From Saccostrea echinata (taxonomy: Eukaryota): DNA of 64,000 bases. Below the pieces are notes generated by a model. The model saw only the letters and a program-made list of their open reading frames with translations. It had not been told where the DNA came from and ran no database searches. Within the stretch, counting starts at the first letter, position 1. Every line of letters begins with the position of its first letter. This document shows, piece after piece, positions 38,800 to 54,661 of the stretch. The position numbers and the translations under genes are program-made. The stretch lies in the NCBI RefSeq assembly GCF_033153115.1, contig NW_026889783.1, forward strand, positions 744,001-808,000, read 5' to 3'.

Positions 38800-39888
38800 G
38801 TGCCAAAATGTTTTGTATCCAGTCTTGTCCAAAGGAATGCACATGTGAAGTATGAAAGCCGTTGCACCAAATGTTTAAAAGGTATTGCCAAGATTAAAGT
38901 TTTTCAAAAGGAGATCAAACTCCAAGGTCAAAGGATCAAAAGAAGGTCTTGTCACAAGGATTACTTATGTGAAGTATGAAAGCCCTAGCACCAACCATTC
39001 AAAAGTTATCGCCAAGGTTAAAGTTTTTCGAAAGTAGGTCAAACTCCTAGGTCAAGGTCAAAGGGTCAAAGTGGTTGGTATCCAAAGGAAGGTCTTGTCA
39101 CAAGGAATAGACATTTTAAATATGAAATCCCTAGCACCAACTGTTCAAAAGTTATGGCCAAGGTTAAAGTTTTTCAAAAGTAGGTCAAACTTCAAGGTCA
39201 AAAGGTCAGAGTTGTTGGTATCCAAAGGAAGGTGTTGTCACAAGGAATACACATGTGAAGTTTGAAAGCCCAAGCATTAACTGTTCAAAAGTTATGGCCA
39301 AGGTTAAAGTCTCATAAAATTTTGCAAAAGTAAGTCAAACTCCAAGGTCAAAAGGTCAAATATGATGGTACCCAAAGAAAGGTCTTGTCACAAGGAATAT
39401 ACATGTGAAATATGAAAGTCATAGCTCCAACCAGTCAAAAGTTAAGGGCAAGGTTAAAGTTTTTATGGACAAACAGACAGACAGACGGATAGGGCAAAAA
39501 CTCTATGCCCCCGAATCTTCGATTACGGGGGCATAAAAATCTAATAAGTTCTGAAACACAATAATAAGCAGCACAAGTAAGTAAAGAATATCAGCTTTAT
39601 AAGCTCAACTAAAACAAATAACTTAAAGTTTTATACATCATGATAAAAAGGTGTATATTTTTTGGACTGTGATATGGCACAATTTGTATACCAGTAAATT
39701 GTTACACCCCTAATACTACCATTCATTTAGGGTAAGGCTTTTCCTTACTTGTAGATTAAATTTGCTGAGTTGAGCTTCATAATCTTTGATTACCTCTGAT
39801 TTTAGCTCACCTGAGCCAAAGGCTCAAGTGAGCTTTTCTGATCAAAGAGTGTCTGGCGTCTGTTATCTGGTGTCTGTAAAATTTTTGC

Positions 39889-39925
<37 letters not shown>

Positions 39926-42919
39926 CAAACAAACTTGCCATGGAGCATTCTTGGATGAAGGGGATTTCAGTTTGTTCACAGAAGTGCAGTGGCGGATTCA
40001 GGGGGGTTTGGGGGGGTTCGGGAAAAACCCCCCGCCCGATCAAAAAAATTTTTTTTACAAGTGTCATTTTAACAATATATTGCATAAATGCAACTCTATC
40101 CAAGCCCATTGTTTTACACATAGAGGTGAAATATACAGTCACCATGCGAAATCCCTTTCCGCTTGAGCGCACACAATATACAGGTAATCAACAGTACTGT
40201 ACATGCAGAGATCATGATAGTCCGTGCAGCTAGTGATGACGCAACGTCATACAACCAAAACTGCACATAGTTATTACGGTTTTGTTTGGCTAAAGTAATA
40301 TTGTTTCGAGAATTTTCTTCTTTCTTCGATAATTGAATGTTACTTTATTGAACTACGTGAATAAACTGTGATTATTATTTAATAGAAAAAAAATTAATTA
40401 ATACATCAGGGACGCATACTAGTTGTTTACGTTGTGACCTGTAATCAAATCATGAAATCAAAGGTTAGCCAAATTACATGAAATGTAAGATTCACCCTGT
40501 ATTAATTATGATGTCCTACAGTATAAGCAACATGTATGGATATACTTTGCCGTTGAAAGAAAATTTTTATTAGAATGATGGAAGAACAAATAAACGATGT
40601 ACCAAAAAGCACATTGAAAGTATTCCTTTTGTAGATGGAAGTTACAATGCAATTTTAAAAAGCAAAAGATCTGCATTCTTTTTTAAAATTACAGTTGAAT
40701 GATGTTGAATAAAACAACTTTGTATAATGAATTGTGGTAAAACTAATACGTATAAATTAGAGGTCCTGTCAAAACAAGAATTGGCCACTTTTTTATTGAT
40801 TGTTTTTCAAGACTTTTTTTTCAAACATTGGACAGGTAAGTGGGTAAAAAAAAAAGAATTAAAGAGTGCATTTATGTTAGAAATTATAATTAACCCCCCC
40901 CCCCCCCCCCAATGAATAAGCAATAATTCCAATTATTTTCCAAAATAATTTATATTTATTCTTCAATATGAAATATCATTTTGTGTATATATTGCAAATT
41001 ATATGAACTGTATAGTCAAGTAGTTGAAAAGAGTAATTAGGGTCTCTACACAGAATTCGAATGTTCTAAGTGTTGGAAAATTGCACATCATGCAGTTGTA
41101 TTTTGGTAGACAAAGCTTCACATGCAACAGTGTGTTGGACGTGCATTTTAAAATGAAGAATTGGATATTATATAGCAAATGGCGATATTTCTAATTTTAT
41201 CAGATTTTACATTTAACTTTTTCTTTAGAAAAGTCTCATTTTTCAAGTTAACATGGAAGTTAAAAATAATCCCAAAATTTTAATTTTTTGTTCAATTTCT
41301 TGAAAATGTGGGTAGGTCGGTCTTGAAAAACAACTAGGAAAAAAGTGGCCAAAAACTAATTCAATCTAAAATGCTGGAAAATGCACCATTTGGAGCCATT
41401 TTTAAAGAAAATTTCTCGGGGGAGGCCCCCCGAACCCCCACCTATGGGAGGGGGGCACCCCCTCCCATGCCCTCCCCCTTCGGCCCTACGGGCCTCAAAC
41501 CCCCCCCCCCCCCCACGTGGACTTCTGGATCCGCCACTGAAGTGCCATGCAGAATTCATGAAAATTTGGTGGCATCTTTTAAAAACCTTCTTCTCAAGAA
41601 CCACTGGGCAAGAAAAGATGAAACTTATGTGAAAGCTTCATTACATACTCTTGATTCAAGTTTGTTCATATCATGACCCCCAGTAGTAGGGCAGGGCCAC
41701 AAGAGGGGGTAGAAATTTTACATAGTGGAATATTTAGGAAATGTCTTTAAAAAGTCTTCTAGATAAAAACAGCAAAGCCATGATTAGTCATATTATAACA
41801 GAAGTATCCTCAGGTAGTGTAGATTCAAGTTTGTTTCAGTCATGATCCCTGGGGGTAGGGCAGGGCAACAAAAGGGGGTCAAAGTATACCATTGGAATAA
41901 ATAGGAAATATCTTAAAAAATCTTCTTCTCAAGAATAACTAAGCCATTATTAGTCATATTTATACAGAAGCAACCTTAGGTATTGTAGAATCAAGTTTGT
42001 TCAAATTATGACCCTCAGGAGTTGGGGGCACAAGAAAGGGTCAAAGTTTTGCACAAACTTGAATCTACACTACCTCACAAAGAATATATAGGAATCATGT
42101 TGAAAAAATCTTCTGCTCAAGAACAGCAAAGCCATGATTAGTCATATTATTATAGAAGCATCCTCAGGTAGTGTAGATTCAAATTTGTTCAAATTTAGGG
42201 TGGGTAGGATGGGGCCTCAATGAGTTATCAGAGTTTTACATAGGAATACATAGGGAAAAAAAATCTTTAAAATTAATATTGATATGGAAGCATCCTGAGG
42301 TAGTGTAAATTTAAGTCCCCCCCCCCCCCCAATTCAATACTGAACTTAGGTCTGCTTCTTAGCCATTGTGCTTAGGTGATCAGTGTGGTCCATGGGCTTC
42401 TTGTTTTTTTTAGTACAACTGTGACAGTGAAATCCCAGATGTACCAGGATAATGGATACACATACAAACCTGCTGTTCTCTGTGTGCAATGGTTACAACA
42501 CTACTTTGCAGGAGACACTTCTAACTTGACTTCAGTTCCCCCAGCTTGTGCCTCTGTGTACCAGACAGGTGAGATAACAGACTCTGAGAATTCTTTTTTT
42601 ATATTATAATATGTATTAATATAATGTTACCCAAGCTGCTATCATTATGATAACAGGAACATTCACAGAGACTGTCTGGAAAACCCTTCAGAGTAAAGTA
42701 GCATTTGGGCAAGTGATTTCCTATGGTGCTTTAGCCATGATGTGTGGTAATCCCCGTGCCTGTCGAGCTGTGGGACTAGCAATGAAGAACAACCAAATCT
42801 CCCTCATCATGCCATGTCACAGGGTAATTCAGACCGGAGGTAAACTTGGTAATTACCACGGAGGGCAGAAGAACAAAATCAAGGAATGGCTACTGCATCA
42901 TGAGCATGCACCAATATGA
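37017..42919 (+). CDS. MGMT: Methylated-DNA--protein-cysteine methyltransferase (O6-alkylguanine alkyltransferase), 3 coding exons
   Basis: Exons 37017-37168 (MKGKQVC...STPIGDMEIISCPRGLH), 42414-42568 (QWLQHYF), 42657-42919 (FGQVISYGALA, RAVG, active site PCHRV, KEWLLHHE). Phases 2 and 1 are compatible. A likely non-coding exon donor GTAAGT lies at 36891. Confidence 0.94.
37210..38114. mobile_element. Non-autonomous TIR element with an internal ~100-bp-arm hairpin (37781-38061)
   Basis: GACCACTTGCCCATTTGGGATATAATAG at the left end; CTATTATATCCCATTTGGGCGAGTGGTC at the right end. Confidence 0.75.
38115..38483. mobile_element. Rearranged Helentron/HINE-like remnant: two copies of the same end in inverted orientation, with a foreign 94-bp insert
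   Basis: Forward TTTTCTGATCACATTTTGTC...AGAACCACTGGGCC; reverse ...GATCAGAAAAGCTCACTTAAGCCTTCAGCTCAGGTGAGCTAAAA. Confidence 0.75.
38503..39539. mobile_element. Helentron/HINE-like element with ~120-bp internal tandem repeats
   Basis: AAACAAGATG start, repeated GGCCAAGGTTAAAGTTTTTCAAAAGTAGGTCAAACTCCAAGGTCAA units, GACA microsatellite, terminal hairpin TGCCCCCG...CGGGGGCA, A-rich end. Confidence 0.75.
39801..42406. mobile_element. Helentron/HINE-like element carrying Cg170-type (~166 bp) satellite repeats
   Basis: TTAGCTCACCTGAGCCAAAGGCTCAAGTGAGC terminal hairpin; CAAGTTTGTTCAAATCATGACCCC repeats; end GGTCCATGGGCTTCTTGTTT; inserted in a T-run. Confidence 0.85.
39987..41539. mobile_element. 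Non-autonomous DNA transposon with 5-bp TSD nested in the Helentron
   Basis: TIR CAGTGGCGGAT / ATCCGCCACTG; AAGTG duplicated at 39982-39986 and 41540-41544. Confidence 0.88.
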
Positions 42920-43216
42920 TACATTTCATAAAAACACTCCTTCAAGAGCTTATTTACCTATTTAGACAGACAAATTTATAATTACCCAGAATATGCAGTA
43001 CTTCATTACTTTTTATATTATTTTGAAATTACTTGACAATATTCTATATATTGTGTTACTTATCTGTTGTTATTATACTGGGATAAGCAAAAATTAATAT
43101 GATATGAAATATATGTATCCGGAAAGATTACCAATGATTTTTTTTTTATTTTATTGTTTTAATTAGCTCTTCTGTATGAAAGCCTATAAGAATCAAACTA
43201 CGGTAAAAAAAATTTA

Positions 43217-43525
43217 AAAGGCGTTATAACGCCTTTTCAAAAGGCATTATAACACGAAAAAAGGCGTTATTACGCCTTTCCAAAAGGCGTTATTACGCCT
43301 CTCCAAAAGGCGTTATTACGCCTCTTCAAAAGGCGTTATTACGCCTCTCCAAAAGGCGTTATTACGCCTCTCCAAAAGGCGTTATTATGCCTTTCCAAAA
43401 GGCGTTAATACGCCTCTTAAAAGGCGTTATTACGCCTTTTAAAAAGGTGTTATTTCGCCTTTCCAAAAGGCGTTATTACGCCTTTCCAAAAGGCGTTATT
43501 ACGCCTTTCCAAAAGGCGTTATTAT
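43217..43525. repeat. ~22-bp palindromic tandem repeat (AAAAGGCGTTATTACGCCTTTC); inverted counterpart at about 44400-44750
   Basis: About 14 copies; each unit forms an AAGGCGT-TATT-ACGCCTT hairpin. Confidence 0.9.
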
Positions 43526-44065
43526 GTCTCTTTTTTTCAATACATGACTTACTTAGCCCACCCTGGGGGCTGATTATAAATAGATTTCCAGGAAAAAAGA
43601 TTTTTAAATGTGTAAAATATTTTCAGTGTTAAACCAACTTAGTCCTTCTCTGATGCCAGACGCCTCTACCAAGGTGCATGGATTTCAGAAATTTGGTTGA
43701 AGGCTAATTGCTCATTATACCTATGCAAATAGTTTGCCTGTTTTTTTCCCAAGAAGAGAGAGAAAAATATTTCAAATTTGACATGAAATTTTAATACGTG
43801 GCTAGCAAAGCCCAAAGCTGGCTTTGCCTATATCCTGGATTTTCAAAACTAGAGTGTTGACTTGTCTTAATGTGCATGCAAAATGCAAACAGCTGTCTGC
43901 GAGATGTGCAGGAATATAGAAAATACTATGATTTATAATATAAGTTATAATATTAAAACTATAATCTAAATATTGCATAAATAAATATGGCTTTGGTTCA
44001 ATCTTTCATATATTTATTATTTTAAAATAACGCCTTTCCATTTTTGGATAAAACTCCTTTTCAAA

Positions 44066-44275
44066 CAGACCGGTAGTACGAATGGGGGGGGGGGCTCCCC
44101 CACCCCACTTTTTGGGAGAATAGTCTTGCTAAAGTTTAAATATAAAAAGTCATTTATTGATTGCTTGGTCCCTTAACATTTTGTTGCAGTATGGTTAAAC
44201 TCGGGCAAGTCATTGCATTTAAAAAAGTTTTACCGAAGAGTTGGAAAAACATTCCCCTCAAGTTTAGGCAGTTTA

Positions 44276-44317
<42 letters not shown>

Positions 44318-44380
44318 CTTTGTTTGCTTGTCAATTTTATGGGAGGCTGCCCCCCCCCCCACTTCAAAAGCACGGGCCTG
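44066..44380. mobile_element. MITE with CAG...CTG ends and 5-bp TSD
   Basis: CAGACCGGT...ACGGGCCTG; TCAAA duplicated at 44061-44065 and 44381-44385. Confidence 0.75.
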
Positions 44381-44752
44381 TCAAAGACATAATGGCCCTT
44401 CAAAAAGCATTATAACGTCTTTTTGAAAAGTGTATTAATGCCTTTTAGAAAGGCGAAATAATGCCCTCTAAAAAGGCATAATAACGCCTTTTAAAAAGGC
44501 GTAATAACGCCTTTTGGAAAGACGTAATAACGCCTTTTGGAAAGGCGTAATAACGCCTTTTTCAAAGGCGTAATAACGCCTTTCCAAAAGGCGTAATAAC
44601 GCCTTTTTTCGCGTTATAATGCCTTCTGGAAAGGCGTAATTACGCCTTTATTTGCATTATTACGCCCTTTTCTGCGTTATAACACCTTTCCAAAAGGTGT
44701 TATTACGCCTTTTTTCGCGTCATAACGCCTTTTGAAAAGGCGTTATAGTGCC

Positions 44753-44754
<2 letters not shown>

Positions 44755-44798
<44 letters not shown>

Positions 44799-44844
44799 CA
44801 TTTTGTCCGTCGTCCGTCTGTCTGTAAACTTTTCACATTTTCGA

Positions 44845-44891
<47 letters not shown>

Positions 44892-44893
44892 AA

Positions 44894-44940
<47 letters not shown>

Positions 44941-46397
44941 CCCTCTTTCAAGGGGAGATAATTAAGAATTAGTGAAAATTTGGTGGTATGTTTTAAAAAT
45001 CTTCTTCTCAAGAACCATGGGTCTGTAAAAGTTGAAACTTATGTGAAACCTTCATTACATAGTGTAGATTCAAGTTTGTTCAAATCATGACCCCCGGGGT
45101 AGGGTGGGGCCACAATGGGGGATCAAAGTTTTACATAGGAATATATAGAAAAAAATCTTTAAAAATCTTCTTCTCAAGAACAACAAAGCCCTACTGTAGA
45201 TTCCTAAATATACACGAGGAATAAATTATCGCGTAATTACGCGAGAAGCACCACTCGTGAAATAAAAATACTCGCTTTTATTTTTATGGTGCTTTAATGT
45301 ATGCAAAATCTCGAGATAAATCACCCATTCGCGAATTATTGTTCTCGTGATTTGACGTCCTTCGGCCATTTCGCGATATTAAGTACTCGCGTAAAATAAG
45401 GAATCTACAGTAATTAGTCATATTGATATGGAATCATCCTCAGGTAGTGCAGATTCAAGTTTGTTCAAATCATGACCCCCGGGGTAGGGTGGGCACAATG
45501 GGGGATCAAAGTTTTACATAGAAATATGTAGGTAAAAAATCTTGAAATTGTTTTTCTCAAAAACAACAAAGCCACAATGAGTCATATTGATATGGAATCA
45601 TCCTCAGGTAGTGTAGATTCAAGTTTGTACAAATCATGACCCCTGGGGGTAGAATGGGGCCACAATGGGAGATCAAAGTTTTACATAGGAATTTATATAA
45701 AAAAATCTTGAAAAATCTTCTCAAGAACAACAAAGCCAAAATGAGTCATATTGATATGGAATCATCCTCAGGTAGTGTAGATTTAAGTTTGTACAAATCA
45801 TGACTCCCAGGGGTAGGGTGGGGCCACAATGGGGGATCAAAGTTTTACATAGAAATATATAGAAAAAAAATCTTGAAAAATCTTCTCAAGAACAACATAG
45901 TCACAATTACTCATATTGATGTGGATTCATCCTCAGGTAGTGCAGATTCAAGTTTGTATAAAATCATGACCCCTGGGGGTAGGGTGGGGCCACAATGGGC
46001 GATCAAAGTTTTACATAGAAGTATACAGAAAAAAAACTTGAAAAATCTTCTTCTCAAGAACAGCAAAGCCTTGTTAAGTCATATTGATATGGAAGCATCC
46101 TCAGGTAGTGTAGATTCACGTTTGTTCAAATGATGGGGGGGGGGGGGGGGGGGTAGGAAGGGTCCACAATGGGGGATCAAATTTTTAACAATGGAATATA
46201 TAGGGAAAAAAATCTTTAAAATCTTCTTCTCAAGAACAGCAAAGCTATTTGTTATATTGATATGACAGCATCCTCAGGTAGTTCAAAATCCTAGCCCCCC
46301 CCCCCCCCCCCCCCTTTAAACTTTTCAATACTGAAGTGATTTATGCTTTTTCCTAGCCAATATGCTCAGGTAAGCTATGTAGCCCATGGTCCTGTTG
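44755..46397. mobile_element. Helentron/HINE-like element with Cg170-type satellite array
   Basis: TTAGCTCACCTGAGCCGAAGGCTCAAGTGAGC hairpin end, GTCC/GTCT microsatellite, about 7 copies of the ~166-bp unit. Confidence 0.88.
45194..45410. mobile_element. Tc1/mariner-type MITE with TA TSD
   Basis: TA-CTGTAGATTCCT...AGGAATCTACAG-TA, interrupting a satellite unit. Confidence 0.85.
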
Positions 46398-47059
46398 TAG
46401 ATTTTTTTTTACCGTAGTTTGATCCTAATAGGCTTTTGTACTTCTGAGCCAAAGGCCACTGTAAATTTGGGCCAAGGGCTTTCATTCATACCAAAAATAG
46501 GGACGAGACCCTCAAACAAGGGGGGGGGGGTAATTTGGGAAATGTAAAATAAAGTAGTGGTTGCTAAAAAATCTACTCAAGAATCACTGGGCAGATTGTT
46601 AACAAACTTATATATAAAGATATATTTTAGATTAAAAATTGTACAAGGCAGCACTTTAGGTCAAAGGGGGTGGTCTCAAGGTCACTTCAAAATTGATCTA
46701 AAATATTTTGGTGAAACATTGATATTTTGTCTACTATGAGCACTAGGATCATCCAGTCTTGTAAGTTGTTGCATCTAATGACCATGGGATATGTTGACCT
46801 AAAGTAGGTCACAGTGAACAACTTTGACTTTCGCAGCTTTTCAAATTGTTTTAGGATACTGTGAAGCTTAGGATCATCAGACTGTCAGTTGATGCATTTT
46901 GTGGCCTAAAAGTGTGTCAACCTAAAAGTAGGTCACAGTGACCGACTTTCTGTATTTTTGGGCTATTTTAATGTAAATAATTAAAATAATTAGTAGACTA
47001 CGAGGCTTAGAATCATCAAACTTTGAACATTGATACATCTTGGGGCTTCAGGGTGCATC

Positions 47060-47159
47060 TAATCTCGGTGGAGATTCGGCTGGGCTAGATATTTGGTCCG
47101 ACGCCCACCGGTGGGCGTCAGACCAAATATCTAGCCCAGCCGAATCTCCACCGAGATTA
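47060..47159. mobile_element. 100-bp fully palindromic MITE with 9-bp TSD
   Basis: 50-bp arms with one mismatch and no spacer; GGGTGCATC duplicated at 47051-47059 and 47160-47168. Confidence 0.9.
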
Positions 47160-49423
47160 GGGTGCATCAACTAAAACGTAGGTGGAAGTGACCTACTTTA
47201 TAAATTTTATGGCTTATTATAATTTTATAATCTGAGGGATCTTTATGTGTGACACGGGGCTTCAATTTCTATGGTCTTATCCTTACATTGATAAATCTGT
47301 CTCAGATTAATTGTACCAGTACCAAGGCGTAATAATTTAGCCAAGTGGCAGAACTTGTCACAATTGTGATTTCTCGGCCTTTCTGACAATCAGAGAAACA
47401 ACCTCCATGACAATCCCCTTGAAGTCAACATGGAAAAGGTCTTATTCGTATAACCTGGACCAAAACTTCTTTAAATGCAAAGATACAACATATACTACAG
47501 AAGAGACCATCTATTCTGTCTAGCCAAATATTGACGAGAAGTGACTCCACTTTGTACGAAATTTTAACTAATGTTAAAAATTGGAGTTGTTTTTATGAGC
47601 TTTGCAGGAAAGGTCCAAGAAGTTTCAATTGAACTTATCACTTTAGAAGAGCATATACGTCTTTTCGACAACTTGGCGCTTCCCAGCTGCAAACAAATGT
47701 TTTATATATATGTATTAAAGATATTTTTTGAAAATTTTTTGGGCGATTAGATCTTCGGCAGGGCTGACAACTTTCATTAGCAATCAGCCCTGCATATGTT
47801 TTGCTAATTTTATGGCAAGTTTCAAACACTGCTTTGGGCCTTGAGATATGTCAACCCAAAAGTAAGTCACAGTGACAATGTTATGCAATTTATCAGAAGT
47901 TTGTTGAGGAATGTGTGTGTGTGTTGTCCACAGAAGACAATCAAAACCAAAATCCATCTACATATCCTGGAAATTTTTTTTTCTGAGATGACAGAACTAC
48001 TACTACACACTTTTTCCCCCCTTCACTTGTTAGTATGCACATACTGTAGAAGTGTATAACTGTATTCCTTACAAGAGAATGGTACAGTGGTCATAAATAC
48101 TAGTAAGACAAACAAGCTTTTCATTTTTTTTAATCAAAGTTTCAAGGACTTTGGCATACAATCAACACATTACTATGAATAGATTTGATAAGTTATACAT
48201 TCATCATCAGTACATTATAAAATTAAAATTACCATCAGAGGGCAACACTGACTTCCTCAGACTACAGAATATGTTCCATCACGCAAAATCTAAATGATTG
48301 TCTCAAACTTTACATGTAAGCAATGAAACAAAATATTGTATTATGTGAACATTGTAGACATAGGTGGAAAGTAGAACAATCTATTTTCATCCCAGTGAGC
48401 ACCCATGTCTTACAAATAGGAAAACTTTTGGCATCAAAATTTGTACATTGCCAGAAAAAAGTTCAACATATATCATTAAATGCTATTCAAAGCATAATAC
48501 TAGAATTTGCTAGCTTGCTACATGTAGCTGCAGATTTTGAGTTTCAGTTCAGAGTTAATAATACATTGATTAAAATTTTGAATTCTTAAATATGCTTAAG
48601 TCGTAATATGCATCATGGTCCAGTGACCAGAGCACAATTAAAATGTAAGATGGGTTGCTTGTAAGATCTCATCTGCTTTTCATAACTACATGTATAATGT
48701 GTCAGAGTAATGTTATATATTTAAACATATGGGAGTCTTAAGTTTGGTTTTCCTCTCCATAATCTATATCTCTTTACTGCAGGCTGATTTAAATATTTAA
48801 TTAACATCCATGCAAGTTTTTTAAAGACGTAGTAGAAATGCTCTTTTCAAAGAAAAAAGAAAACTGGTAGGGGCTCTTACAGACAGAAGAATACATTGGG
48901 ATGAAATATGTATACTACCATTGAAAATTGGCCTCCAGAGTACCAAATACCTTAGTTAGTCATAGTAATGAATTATATAGAAATCATCTTTATCACTTTT
49001 TTTACCACTGAATAGCATCACTCAAAAATGAAATTCCCATATACGAAGACAAAATCCGAGTAAAAGTGTGATAAACAATTTTCAGAACTTTTTTTGTTTG
49101 TTTATACATGTATCAATATTCCAAAGTTTTAGCTTTCCTTTGACAGTACGACATACTTTATCTGCTGTCTCTGTCTCCCACATCTTCTACTGTACAACAG
49201 TTTGCTCTATTTTTCTTATTGATTTACACAATTAAAATTACAATACCTTAATCAGTAAATTTAGTTCTTTGAAAAGAATTCAATAATTCCTTCAGGAGAA
49301 GTGTCTGTGACTTATCCTTTGATGTGCAACTTTGTTGCATTACAAAATACATGAAACAATATAAATAGAAACAGTACTGGTACACAACCAATTATATGAA
49401 TACAGCAATGTGTGTCCTAGGAT

Positions 49424-54661
<5,238 letters not shown>

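Larger units (their letters stand above)
43175..46440. mobile_element. Foldback-like non-autonomous element with TAT...GTA termini and 6-bp TSD (IS3EU-like)
   Basis: About 45-bp TIRs (TATGAAAGCCTATAAGAATCAAACTACGGTAAAAAAAA); CTTCTG duplicated at 43169-43174 and 46441-46446; subterminal arrays of a ~22-bp self-palindromic unit. Confidence 0.8.

Noticed and set aside
43217-43525. Palindromic ~22-bp repeats as a CRISPR array
   Set aside because: Head-to-tail units with no spacers, lying inside a TIR element with a TSD.
44796-46133. ORFs within Helentron/Cg170 repeats as transposase or Rep-helicase
   Set aside because: Short satellite-derived frames with no HUH, helicase or DDE motifs; no autonomous transposon is evident in the window.
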